From an uncultured Bacteroidia bacterium (GTDB lineage: Bacteria; Bacteroidota; Bacteroidia; Bacteroidales; Prolixibacteraceae), in assembly GCA_903854235.1 (NCBI GenBank), contig CAINVV010000227.1:4065-68064 (forward strand): a stretch of DNA of 64,000 nt, given 5' to 3'. The notes under the pieces were generated by a model. That model made no database searches, had not been told where the DNA came from, and was given only the letters and a program-made list of their open reading frames with translations. The position numbers and the translations under genes are program-made. Position 1 is the first letter of the stretch. Every line of letters begins with the position of its first letter. This document shows, piece after piece, positions 1 through 9,559 of the stretch.

Positions 1-314
1 GATCCATCAGTGCAAGAAAATGCTTGATGATCATAGACAACCTGGAAAAGATACAGGGGATTGAACTCTTTTGTGCCGCACAAGGCTTTGATTTCAGGAA
101 ACCATTAAAATCAAGTATGATCCTGGAAGCTTGTCACGATCTGGTTCGCGAACAAATCCCATTTGCCGAATCGGATCATGTGATGTCGGAGGAGATGAGC
201 AAAGCGATCGGGATGGTTAAAAATAAATCACTGGTGAAATGTTCGGGGAGAGTTGCTTCCGCAATGGGCGTTAACCTTAAAAATGAACAGGATGAATTTT
301 TCGGAATTTATTGA
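1..314 (+). CDS. hutH: histidine ammonia-lyase, C-terminal fragment (5' end lies outside the window)
   Basis: The frame is open from the window edge. The tail '...[23 protein letters not shown]...' resembles a HAL C-terminus. It sits immediately upstream of, and overlaps, hutU. Confidence 0.8.
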   Translation, partial: SISARKCLMIIDNLEKIQGIELFCAAQGFDFRKPLKSSMILEACHDLVREQIPFAESDHVMSEEMSKAIGMVKNKSLVKCSGRVASAMGVNLKNEQDEFFGIY

Positions 315-1968
315 AGTCTATGCCTCCCACCCCAACTATCGTGCTCCACGGGGCAATCAGTTGCATGCAAAATCCTGGCAGACAGAGGCACCACTGCGGA
401 TGCTGCTCAACAACCTGGACAGTGAGGTCGCAGAGAATCCCGAGGAGTTGGTCGTTTACGGTGGAACCGGTCAGGCAGCGCGAAACAAGGAAGCATTGCA
501 ACAAATAATCAAGGAGTTGCTTCTTTTAGATGAAAATCATTCCCTGCTGATACAATCCGGAAAGGCAGTGGGAATCGTTCGGACCCATCCCGAAGCCCCC
601 CGTGTGCTGATTGCCAACAGCAACCTGGTACCTGCCTGGGCCAACTGGGAACACTTTGAGAAACTGAAACAAGACGGACTGATGATGTATGGCCAAATGA
701 CGGCTGGAAGCTGGATATACATTGGCAGTCAGGGAATTCTGCAGGGAACCTACGAGACTTTTATGGCTTGTGGGAAGAAATATTTCAACAATGATCTGAA
801 ACATAAATTGCTGGTTTCCGGCGGAATGGGCGGCATGGGTGGAGCTCAGCCCCTGGCGGCTACCATGGCCGGAGCCACTTTTTTGGGAGTGGATATAGAT
901 CCGGAAAGAATCAGGAAAAGACTACATTCAGGTTACATCGATCAAATAGTCTTTACCTACCGGGAAGCTGCTGATCTAGCTTTGCAGGCACAGGAAAAAG
1001 GGGAAGCCATTTCAATTGGGCTGGTCGCAGATATAGGAGACACCTTGCAAAATTTGCTGAATGACGGAATCGTCCCCGATATTTTAACGGACCAGACCTC
1101 CGCACACGACCCGCTTCACGGTTATGTTCCAAACGGTATTTCGCTGGAGGAGGCTTTCTCCTTGAGGAAAGCGGATCCAAATAAATACAGGGAGTTATCC
1201 ATGAAAAGCATGGCCCGCCATGTAGGACTCATGCTTGAGTTGCAAAAATTGGGAAGCATCACCTTTGATTATGGCAACAACCTCCGCGAGATGGCGAAAC
1301 AGGGAGGCGAGACCAATGCGTATGATTACGACGGATTTACCCCCAAATTTATACGACCGCTATTTTGCGAAGGAAAAGGGCCCTTCCGCTGGGCGGCACT
1401 TTCGGGAGATCCAAATGACATTTATGCAACGGATCAAGCCCTGATAGAGGCTTTCCCGGAGAACAAGGAGATGATCAACTGGCTGAAAAAAGCTAGGGAA
1501 CGAGTCTCTTTTCAGGGACTTCCGGCTCGTATTTGCTGGCTGGGAATGGGTGAACGAGAAAAGGCCGGGTTGCTTTTCAACGATCTGGTTAAATCCGGCA
1601 AAGTGAAGGCTCCATTGGTGATCGGTCGTGACCACCTGGACTGCGGTTCTGTGGCATCGCCCAACCGCGAAACGGAAAAGATGAAAGACGGGAGTGACGC
1701 CGTCTCCGATTGGCCATTGCTCAATCTGATGTCGAATACGGCTGGTGGAGCAACCTGGGTCTCTTTTCACCACGGGGGTGGAGTAGGAATGGGCTATTCC
1801 CAGCATGCAGGAATGGTAGTCCTGGCCGATGGAACCGACCGGGCTGCCGAATGCATCCGCAGGGTGCTCTACAACGATCCGGCCATGGGGATCTTCAGGC
1901 ACCACGATGCAGGATATGAAATAGCAACCGATACCTTGAATCATTTCGGGATGGGCTTATCAATCTAA
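283..1968 (+). CDS. hutU: urocanate hydratase
   Basis: Contains '[27 protein letters not shown]' and '[13 protein letters not shown]' at full urocanase length. ATG 283 or 292 is preferred over the TTG at 253. Confidence 0.93.
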   Translation: MNRMNFSEFIEVYASHPNYRAPRGNQLHAKSWQTEAPLRMLLNNLDSEVAENPEELVVYGGTGQAARNKEALQQIIKELLLLDENHSLLIQSGKAVGIVRTHPEAPRVLIANSNLVPAWANWEHFEKLKQDGLMMYGQMTAGSWIYIGSQGILQGTYETFMACGKKYFNNDLKHKLLVSGGMGGMGGAQPLAATMAGATFLGVDIDPERIRKRLHSGYIDQIVFTYREAADLALQAQEKGEAISIGLVADIGDTLQNLLNDGIVPDILTDQTSAHDPLHGYVPNGISLEEAFSLRKADPNKYRELSMKSMARHVGLMLELQKLGSITFDYGNNLREMAKQGGETNAYDYDGFTPKFIRPLFCEGKGPFRWAALSGDPNDIYATDQALIEAFPENKEMINWLKKARERVSFQGLPARICWLGMGEREKAGLLFNDLVKSGKVKAPLVIGRDHLDCGSVASPNRETEKMKDGSDAVSDWPLLNLMSNTAGGATWVSFHHGGGVGMGYSQHAGMVVLADGTDRAAECIRRVLYNDPAMGIFRHHDAGYEIATDTLNHFGMGLSI

Positions 1969-1985
1969 ATTAAGTGCAAAGGATA

Positions 1986-2462
1986 ATGAAAATAGCTCCC
2001 GCAAAAATATTGTTAAAAATCCCGGTGCCCTGGGTTTTTGTATTGGCTTACCTATTGGCGCTTCCGTTTCAGTTGCTTTTTCCGTTTAATCTTTTCTCCA
2101 GCGACAACCTACTTTATGCCAAAATAGCCGGTGTCCTCTTTTTTGCTATTGGTGCTTTCTTTGCATCATGGAGTCTGCTGATCTTTCACAGAGCCAGTAT
2201 AACGACCACACCTGGCGAGCAATCAAAGTTGCTGGTTGAACAGGGTCCTTACCGCTATTCCCGTAATCCAATGTATGTGAGTCTGGTCCTTGCCTATCTT
2301 GGTGAAGCTGGATTCCTGACGCAAGCCTGGCCGCTTTTCGCCTTGCCGCTGGTGATTCTCTATCTCAACCGGATCGTCATTCCATTGGAAGAGGAGATCC
2401 TGAGGCGTGACTTTGGGAACACATACGGAGCCTATTGCTCTCAGGTTAGACGATGGATTTAA
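1986..2462 (+). CDS. isoprenylcysteine carboxyl methyltransferase / phospholipid methyltransferase-like membrane protein
   Basis: Several hydrophobic segments and the C-terminal 'YRYSRNPMYVSLVLAYLGEAG' motif typical of the ICMT/PEMT family. ATG at 1986 (GTG at 1974 is possible). Confidence 0.65.
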   Translation: MKIAPAKILLKIPVPWVFVLAYLLALPFQLLFPFNLFSSDNLLYAKIAGVLFFAIGAFFASWSLLIFHRASITTTPGEQSKLLVEQGPYRYSRNPMYVSLVLAYLGEAGFLTQAWPLFALPLVILYLNRIVIPLEEEILRRDFGNTYGAYCSQVRRWI

Positions 2463-2498
2463 TTTTGCAGTTTTGTACAAGGATCAAATCATAAAAGT

Positions 2499-3761
2499 AT
2501 GACCCAATCGCATCTCCCGTTTACTATAACCGGCCCTTTCAGGCAACTGCTAACCATGGACCATCTACCAAGGAAGGGTGGTCTCAAGGATGCCCAACTG
2601 GAGGTTGTACAAGAGGCCGGAATTTTGCACAGGGATGGAAAAGTTCTCGAGGTCGGTATCTTTAAAGAGCTTTGCGTGAAATACAATGCTGCCGGTCCTG
2701 AGATTCAATTCCTCGAATCGGATACCGTTGCACTTCCAGGCCTGATTGATCCTCACACCCATCTTTGCTGGGCGGGCAGCAGGGAAAATGATTATTCCCT
2801 CCGGCTTGAAGGGAAAAGCTATCCCGAAATTGCACAAACTGGAGGTGGAATATGGGATACCGTCACCAAAACCAGAAGTGCATCCATAGAGGATCTCAAA
2901 AATCTGCTGATTCACAGGGCGCTCCGACAACTGAAAAATGGCATTACCACCTGTGAAGTTAAAAGCGGGTATGCGCTCGATCCTGCCGGTGAGATCAGGC
3001 TACTCGAAATTATCCAATCGGCAGGAAAGGAAATTGATTCGGATCTGATCCCAACCTGCCTGGCTGCCCACATCAAACCAAAGGATTTCAACGGTGATGC
3101 GATTCAATATCTTCAGATTCTGGTAAATGAACTGCTTCCAGTTGTCAGTGAAAAAAGGTATTCCAATCGGGTAGATATTTTTGTCGAAGAGGGTGCTTTT
3201 GGAGTCACAGAGGCTGAATATTATATGAAAGCCGCCAGAGGAATGGGCTTTGATCTGGTGGTTCACGGTGAGCAATTTACGTCGGGTGGCGTATCGCTTG
3301 CAGTTAAAATGGCCGCCAAAAGTGTGGACCACCTGGAGATGATTGAATCCGATGCCATCAAAAAACTTGCGGAATCTGAAGTGGTAGCCGTGGTATTACC
3401 CGGAGCATCCATCGGCCTCGGTTGTCCATTCGCTCCAGCCAGAAAACTGCTGGATGCCGGATGTTGTCTGGCTATCGGTTCCGACTGGAATCCGGGATCT
3501 GCCCCCATGGGCGATCTCCTGGTGCAGACTGCCATCCTGGGAACTTTCGAAAGAATGACCATGGCCGAACAACTGGCCGCCGTGACCATCCGAGCTGCAA
3601 ACGCATTAAATCTTTGCGACAGGGGAGTCCTTAGGTCAGGGTCCCTTGCTGATTTCATCGGCTTTCCCGGCAGGAATTACAAGGAAATATTGTACCAACA
3701 GGGCATGTTGAAACCGACTTTCATCTGGAAAAGAGGCAGACCGGTTTCCTTCAAAGATTGA
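2499..3761 (+). CDS. hutI: imidazolonepropionase
   Basis: Amidohydrolase metal motif 'GLIDPHTHLCWAGSR', plus 'VVHGEQF' and 'AIGSDWNPGS'. Lies within the hut operon. Confidence 0.9.
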   Translation: MTQSHLPFTITGPFRQLLTMDHLPRKGGLKDAQLEVVQEAGILHRDGKVLEVGIFKELCVKYNAAGPEIQFLESDTVALPGLIDPHTHLCWAGSRENDYSLRLEGKSYPEIAQTGGGIWDTVTKTRSASIEDLKNLLIHRALRQLKNGITTCEVKSGYALDPAGEIRLLEIIQSAGKEIDSDLIPTCLAAHIKPKDFNGDAIQYLQILVNELLPVVSEKRYSNRVDIFVEEGAFGVTEAEYYMKAARGMGFDLVVHGEQFTSGGVSLAVKMAAKSVDHLEMIESDAIKKLAESEVVAVVLPGASIGLGCPFAPARKLLDAGCCLAIGSDWNPGSAPMGDLLVQTAILGTFERMTMAEQLAAVTIRAANALNLCDRGVLRSGSLADFIGFPGRNYKEILYQQGMLKPTFIWKRGRPVSFKD

Positions 3762-3777
3762 TTGATTCCGCTTTCGC

Positions 3778-5244
3778 ATGAACAAGCTTTCACATGAGAC
3801 CATGTCAAGATCTATATTTTTCATTTTCGCATTCGTATTAATTTGTCAGAATTCTATCGCACAAATTGCGATTCCAGAATTGGCATTGCAGAAATTTTCT
3901 GCGGACACTGTCCTAAAAGCGATCAATGATGTGTCCAGAGAGCTAAGTATCAAGCATCCTGGATTTTACAGATACCACTCAAAAGAAGAATTCAACCAAT
4001 ACCTCGATTCTGTTAAAGCAACAGTGAAGGATTCGTTGTCTGAATTGGAAGCCTACTTGAAATTGAAGCCAATCATTTCTTACATTGATTGTATTCATAC
4101 CGGTCTTTCCCTTCCACAGGAATACAAAGATTACCAGAACCAAAAACCAAATCTTTTTCCCTTTCAGCTTGATTGTGTAGGATCCAGGGCCTTCGTGTTC
4201 AAAAATCATTCAACCTGTAATTCCATTTTAGCAGGCGATGAAATAGTCAGCATCAACGGACAGGGTATGGATCAGATTATCCTGAAACTGCTTCGGCTTA
4301 TTCCTTCAGATGGCTATAACCTTACCAGGAAATATAGGGCCTTGTATTTTCAGTTTCCCGGCTGGTACAGAAATATTGATCTGAAGGAATCATTTCTGGT
4401 AGTTGTCAACCAGCATGGCAAGGAACAATCTTATCATGTCGAAGGAAAGAAATTTAAAGACATTGCCGAAGAGGGATTTTTAATAGAACCAAAGAGGGCG
4501 AATCAGCTGGAGTTTAAAATTGAAAACAAGATTGGTTATCTAACCATTCATTCATTTGCAAAGACAGAAATAGTTAAATGCAACCAAAACTTTAAAAATT
4601 TTATTGATCAGGCATTTACCCGGTTAAAAACTGCGAATGTTAAAAATCTTGTCGTAGATTTGAGAGACAATACCGGTGGTTCAGACCCATTCGCGGCCTA
4701 TTTTACTAGTTATTTCTTTGACAAAACTTTTCGATATTGGGATAGAATCGAGGTAACTCAAGCTGTTGCGAATGAAATAAAGGGAGCCGCGTTGAGATTG
4801 TTTTACAGAAAACCTGTTCAGGAGGATAGCGTTTGGCTTTGGCAAAAGGCAAGACACAGTGATGAATTCAATTTTTTTGAGGAACAGAAACCTGCCAGAA
4901 ATAACTTCAAGGGAAGGGTTTACATCCTGATGAACGGGTTTTGTATGTCATCCTGTGCGGATGTCATAGCAGTTTTGTCTTACAACAAAAAAGCAACTTT
5001 AATTGGACAAGAGACTGGTGGAGGATATTCGGGCAATAATAGTGGAATGATTCCCGATATCCAGATAAAACCTTTTGATTTTACCCTGTCAGTTCCGCTG
5101 CAGAAGTACGTCAACTATGTTGACAGATCAAAGAATATAGGGAGGGGAACAATGCCTGATTATGTCATCAACAGGACCATTGAAGACCTGCTCGAAGGGA
5201 AAGATCTTGAACTTAATTTGGCCATTGATTTGATAGGCAGATAA
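3778..5244 (+). CDS. S41-family (tail-specific-protease-like) exported peptidase
   Basis: Signal-like N-terminus (the MSRSIFFIFAFVLICQNSIAQ start at 3802 is possible) and the S41 hallmark 'LVVDLRDNTGGS'. Confidence 0.65.
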   Translation: MNKLSHETMSRSIFFIFAFVLICQNSIAQIAIPELALQKFSADTVLKAINDVSRELSIKHPGFYRYHSKEEFNQYLDSVKATVKDSLSELEAYLKLKPIISYIDCIHTGLSLPQEYKDYQNQKPNLFPFQLDCVGSRAFVFKNHSTCNSILAGDEIVSINGQGMDQIILKLLRLIPSDGYNLTRKYRALYFQFPGWYRNIDLKESFLVVVNQHGKEQSYHVEGKKFKDIAEEGFLIEPKRANQLEFKIENKIGYLTIHSFAKTEIVKCNQNFKNFIDQAFTRLKTANVKNLVVDLRDNTGGSDPFAAYFTSYFFDKTFRYWDRIEVTQAVANEIKGAALRLFYRKPVQEDSVWLWQKARHSDEFNFFEEQKPARNNFKGRVYILMNGFCMSSCADVIAVLSYNKKATLIGQETGGGYSGNNSGMIPDIQIKPFDFTLSVPLQKYVNYVDRSKNIGRGTMPDYVINRTIEDLLEGKDLELNLAIDLIGR

Positions 5245-5297
5245 ATAATGAGAATATACAGTGAGCTTGTTGGCTCTAAAAAGATAAAAATTAGAAA

Positions 5298-6989
5298 ATG
5301 AAACGAATCATCGAGTGTGTGCCCAACTTTTCGGAGGGAAGGGAGATGGAGGTTATCCGTCTGATTACAGAGGTCATCGAAAAATCGGCCGGAATAAAAT
5401 TGCTCAATGTCGATCCGGGCTTTGCCACCAACCGGACCGTGGTCACCTTTGCCGGCGAACCGGAAGCAGTTGTTGAGGCGGCTTTTCAAGCCATAAAAAA
5501 GGCAGCAGAACTGATCGATATGCGCCACCATGCGGGTGAACATCCACGGTTTGGTGCAACAGACGTTTGCCCTTTGGTGCCGGTTTCCGGCATTTCTATG
5601 GAGGAGACGGTCGAATATGCCCGGGCCCTGGCGAAGCGAGTAGGGGAAGAACTTCAGATTCCGGTTTATTGCTATGAATTTGCTGCTTTCGAGACTAAAC
5701 GACAGAGTCTGGCCAATTGCCGCTCCGGGGAATACGAGGGACTTCCTTCAAAAATTGTCTCTAATGAATGGAAACCGGATTTTGGTCCGGCGACCTTCAA
5801 TGCAAAGTCGGGTGCCGTAGCTATCGGTGCCAGAAATTTTCTGGTTGCCTACAACATCAACCTCAATACCACTTCCGTACGCCGTGCCAACTCCATCGCA
5901 TTCGATGTAAGGGAGGCGGGACGGATTTTGCGGGAGGGTGATCCCTTCACAGGCAAGATCGTCAATGACGACAAAGGGGAACCTGTCCGGATTCCGGGCA
6001 CCCTGAAAAAGGTTAGGGCCATTGGTTGGTACATCAAAGAGTACAGAATGGCCCAGATCTCTATGAATCTAACAGATATTACCGTAACTCCCATCCATGT
6101 TGCCTTTGATGAGGTATCCGACAGGGCAGCGGATCGTGGAATCCGGGTTACGGGATCTGAACTGATAGGAGTTGTCCCACTTCAGTGCCTGTTGGATGCC
6201 GGCAAGTATTTCCTGCATAAGCAAAGACGTTCTTCAGGAATTCCCGACGAAGAGATCATTGAAATGGCGGTCCGGTCGCTGGGGCTGAATGAACTTGCCC
6301 CCTTCGATCCCAAAAAGAGGATCATCGAATATCTGCTGAAGGAAGATCCCAAAGATTTACTGGCAGATCTTACTCTGAGGAAACTTACCCATGAAACGGC
6401 CTCCGACTCACCGGCTCCCGGAGGAGGATCTATTTCTGCCACAGTGGGCGCTTTGGGCGCAGCCTTGGGTTCGATGGTGGCCAACCTTTCTGCCCACAAA
6501 AGAGGATGGGATGAAAGATGGGAAGAGTTTTCAGTCTGGGCCGAAAGGGGGAAGGCAGCCTACGAAGAGATGTTGGTTTTGGTTGATGAGGATACCCGTG
6601 CATTCAATCAGGTCATGGATGCCTTTGGTCTTCCAAAGGAGCGTCCGGAACAGAAGGAGTATAGAAAAATGGCCATTCAGCAGGCGACCCTGAACGCCAT
6701 TGAAGTGCCTTTCCGTGTCATGAAAGTAGCTGCGGCCTCTCTGGAGTTATTGGAAAAGATGGCAGAGATCGGAAATCCAAACTCCGCGAGCGATGTGGCT
6801 GTTGGAGCCCTCTGTGCGCTGACTGCCGTTTCCGGCGCATACCTGAACATTAAGATCAATGCCGGTGAAATTCAGGATACTTCCCTGATCGAAAATTTAC
6901 TTCAACAGGCGGATCTTTTGGAAAAGGAGACCATCTTGCGCTGCAATCAGATCCAGAAGATCGTTTTATCGAAAATTAAATTTAGGTAA
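5298..6989 (+). CDS. ftcD: bifunctional glutamate formimidoyltransferase / formimidoyl-THF cyclodeaminase
   Basis: N-terminal 'MKRIIECVPNFSEGR' (formiminotransferase). C-terminal 'SPAPGGGSISATVGALGAALGSMVANLS' (cyclodeaminase domain). 563 aa in one frame. Confidence 0.88.
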   Translation: MKRIIECVPNFSEGREMEVIRLITEVIEKSAGIKLLNVDPGFATNRTVVTFAGEPEAVVEAAFQAIKKAAELIDMRHHAGEHPRFGATDVCPLVPVSGISMEETVEYARALAKRVGEELQIPVYCYEFAAFETKRQSLANCRSGEYEGLPSKIVSNEWKPDFGPATFNAKSGAVAIGARNFLVAYNINLNTTSVRRANSIAFDVREAGRILREGDPFTGKIVNDDKGEPVRIPGTLKKVRAIGWYIKEYRMAQISMNLTDITVTPIHVAFDEVSDRAADRGIRVTGSELIGVVPLQCLLDAGKYFLHKQRRSSGIPDEEIIEMAVRSLGLNELAPFDPKKRIIEYLLKEDPKDLLADLTLRKLTHETASDSPAPGGGSISATVGALGAALGSMVANLSAHKRGWDERWEEFSVWAERGKAAYEEMLVLVDEDTRAFNQVMDAFGLPKERPEQKEYRKMAIQQATLNAIEVPFRVMKVAAASLELLEKMAEIGNPNSASDVAVGALCALTAVSGAYLNIKINAGEIQDTSLIENLLQQADLLEKETILRCNQIQKIVLSKIKFR

Positions 6990-7085
6990 GTCTTACTTGA
7001 ATTTCAGGAAGAATTTCATCCCTCTTGCTTCCGATACTGTATGGATCCCACAGGCAATTCTGTGTAATTTTGAAAAATTGATTGC

Positions 7086-7093
7086 TATATTTG
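7086..7093 (+). promoter_or_regulatory. Bacteroidota-type -7 box (TATATTTG)
   Basis: Matches the TAnnTTTG consensus and lies 10 nt upstream of ATG 7103 of the PBP1A gene. A TTTG lies at 7069-7072. Confidence 0.35.
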
Positions 7094-7102
7094 CAACCAT
7101 CT

Positions 7103-9451
7103 ATGACACCGAACAACCCGTTTAAAAAATACCTGATCCTACTTTGGTCGCTGTTTGCCGCCGGAGTTCTGGCAGTGGTGCTCCTTTTTGCCCTGATAGG
7201 CAATGGTAAGCTTGGTTATATGCCCACCCTGACAGAGCTGGAGAGTGTCGAATCTTCGCTCGCTTCGGAAGTCCTCACATCCGATAGCCTCGTGATGCGC
7301 AGGTATTATTACAAGGAAAACAGGTCATTTATTGGTTATGAAGCCATCAGCCCAAATGTGATCCATGCACTGATAGCCACGGAAGATGTTAGATTCTACA
7401 AACATTCGGGGGTTGACCTGAGGGGACTGTTCCGTGTTTTCAAAGGTGTATCCACCGGCGATCAGAGTGCTGGAGGCGGAAGTACCCTTTCCCAGCAACT
7501 GGCCAAAATGCTCTTTCCACGGGAGGATATTGGAAACAAATTTCAATTGGCCATCCGAAAATTGAGGGAGTGGGTCATTGCCGTGAAACTTGAGCGAAGT
7601 TTCACCAAAGAGGAGATCATTTCGATGTACCTCAACAAATACGACTTTCTGAATCTGGCAGTCGGCATTAAATCCGCCGCAGAGATCTATTTCGGTACTA
7701 CGCCGGATCAGCTGAAATTGGAACAAGCCGCCATGTTGGTGGGAATGGCGAAAAATTCATCCCTTTACAATCCCATCCGAAGGCCTCAACTGGTATTGGC
7801 AAGGCGCAATGTAGTCCTTGCACAGATGAAGAAGAATGGTTACCTATCTGATGCCGAATACAATGCCTGCAAGTCACTTCCGCTTCACCTCAACTTTCAC
7901 AAGGAAGATTATAAATCAACTCCCGGAACCTACTTTACGGAATACCTGCGTACCCTGCTGACCGCTCCAAAACCCGACAGGGAGCACTACAAGGCTTGGC
8001 AGATGTTGCAGTTTCACGAAGATTCCATTGAATGGGAGTCAAATCCACTCTATGGCTGGGTGACTAAAAATCCCAAACCGGATGGCAAACTCTACGACAT
8101 TTACACGGATGGTTTAAAGATCTATTCAACCATAGACATGCGGATGCAGACCTATGCCGAAAAGGCTGTCATTACGCATTTGAGCAAAAACGTGCAGCCT
8201 TTGTTCAATGAACGGATCAAAGGTCAGCGGAACAGGCCTTTCTCTAATGATCTGACCAATGAGCAGGCCCAACAGGTCTATGACAACATGATGAAAGGGA
8301 GTGACCGATACAGGTCTTTGCGTTCTCAGGGGATGAATGCCAATGAGATCAAGCGATCCTTCCTGACTCCGACCGATATGACCGTCTTCTCCTGGCGTGG
8401 CGAAATTGACACCACCATGTCGCCTCTGGATTCGATAAAATACCACCTTGGATTCTTGCGCTCCGCGATGATGACCATGGAGGTTAAAACGGGAAAAATC
8501 AAGGCATGGGTAGGTGGACCAAACTACAAGCATTTCATGTACGACATGGTGAAAAGTGGCAGACGACAGGTGGGTTCCACCGTCAAACCATTCCTTTACA
8601 CCCTGGCCATGCAGAACGGATTCTCACCCTGCACACTGGTTCCAAATACCGAGCACTCCTTCACCCTGTTTGACGGTTCCACCTGGACGGCTAAAAACTC
8701 GGGGGAAACAAAAATGGATGGCAAGATGGTCACCCTAAAATGGGGCCTTGCCAACTCTGTCAACCAAATATCGGCCTGGGTAATGAAGCAATTTAACCCG
8801 CAAGCCATGGCAGATATGATGCATAAACTGGGGATCACCAGCCCCATCGACGCAGTCCCCTCCATGTTTCTGGGGACATCGGACGTCTCCTTGTACGAAA
8901 TGGTTGGAGCTTATGGGACCTATGGCAACCACGGAGTCTATACCAAACCCTATTGTGTATCCAGGATTGAAGACCGTAACGGAAATGTCCTTGCCCGATT
9001 CTCCCCTGAATCGCACGATGCCATCGATGCAAAAACCGCCTATCTGATGATCAACCTGATGGAGGCTGTTGTCAATGAAGGCACAAGTGCCCGGTTGAGG
9101 AGAGATGTGCCCTACGGAAATATCAAGGCCGATGTTGCCGGGAAAACCGGGACGACCCAAAACCAATCGGATGGATGGTTCATGGGCATTACACCCGAAC
9201 TGGTCACCGGGGTATGGACTGGAGGAGACCTCCGCAGCATTCACTTTGAAGGACTTTCTGCCGGCCAGGGAGCCAGCATGGCACTTCCCGTTTACGGTTA
9301 TTACATGAATAGTCTCTACCGTGATCCCACGCTGGGGTACACACAGTCCTCCGTCTTTGAAGTACCACCGGGTTTTAATGTGGATATGGACTGCAGCAAA
9401 GTGATGAAGGAGGAGAAGGAGGATGAATCGGCAGAGAAGATTTTCTTCTGA
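7103..9451 (+). CDS. mrcA: class A penicillin-binding protein 1A (transglycosylase/transpeptidase)
   Basis: GT51 motifs 'ATEDVRFYKHSGVD' and 'GGSTLSQQLAK'. Transpeptidase motifs 'GSTVKP' (SxxK), 'NSVN' (SxN) and 'GKTGTT' (KTG). N-terminal TM segment. ATG 7103 is preferred because the TTG 7082 start would include the promoter box. Confidence 0.93.
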   Translation: MTPNNPFKKYLILLWSLFAAGVLAVVLLFALIGNGKLGYMPTLTELESVESSLASEVLTSDSLVMRRYYYKENRSFIGYEAISPNVIHALIATEDVRFYKHSGVDLRGLFRVFKGVSTGDQSAGGGSTLSQQLAKMLFPREDIGNKFQLAIRKLREWVIAVKLERSFTKEEIISMYLNKYDFLNLAVGIKSAAEIYFGTTPDQLKLEQAAMLVGMAKNSSLYNPIRRPQLVLARRNVVLAQMKKNGYLSDAEYNACKSLPLHLNFHKEDYKSTPGTYFTEYLRTLLTAPKPDREHYKAWQMLQFHEDSIEWESNPLYGWVTKNPKPDGKLYDIYTDGLKIYSTIDMRMQTYAEKAVITHLSKNVQPLFNERIKGQRNRPFSNDLTNEQAQQVYDNMMKGSDRYRSLRSQGMNANEIKRSFLTPTDMTVFSWRGEIDTTMSPLDSIKYHLGFLRSAMMTMEVKTGKIKAWVGGPNYKHFMYDMVKSGRRQVGSTVKPFLYTLAMQNGFSPCTLVPNTEHSFTLFDGSTWTAKNSGETKMDGKMVTLKWGLANSVNQISAWVMKQFNPQAMADMMHKLGITSPIDAVPSMFLGTSDVSLYEMVGAYGTYGNHGVYTKPYCVSRIEDRNGNVLARFSPESHDAIDAKTAYLMINLMEAVVNEGTSARLRRDVPYGNIKADVAGKTGTTQNQSDGWFMGITPELVTGVWTGGDLRSIHFEGLSAGQGASMALPVYGYYMNSLYRDPTLGYTQSSVFEVPPGFNVDMDCSKVMKEEKEDESAEKIFF

Positions 9452-9559
9452 AAATTCCTTTGCGTCAGTTTGAGGTAGCTACAAATAGAATGGATTAAAA
9501 AAACAGTAACCACTTTTTACAATCCATCGGTTGCTAAACACGGAGTTGGTATTTATTCA

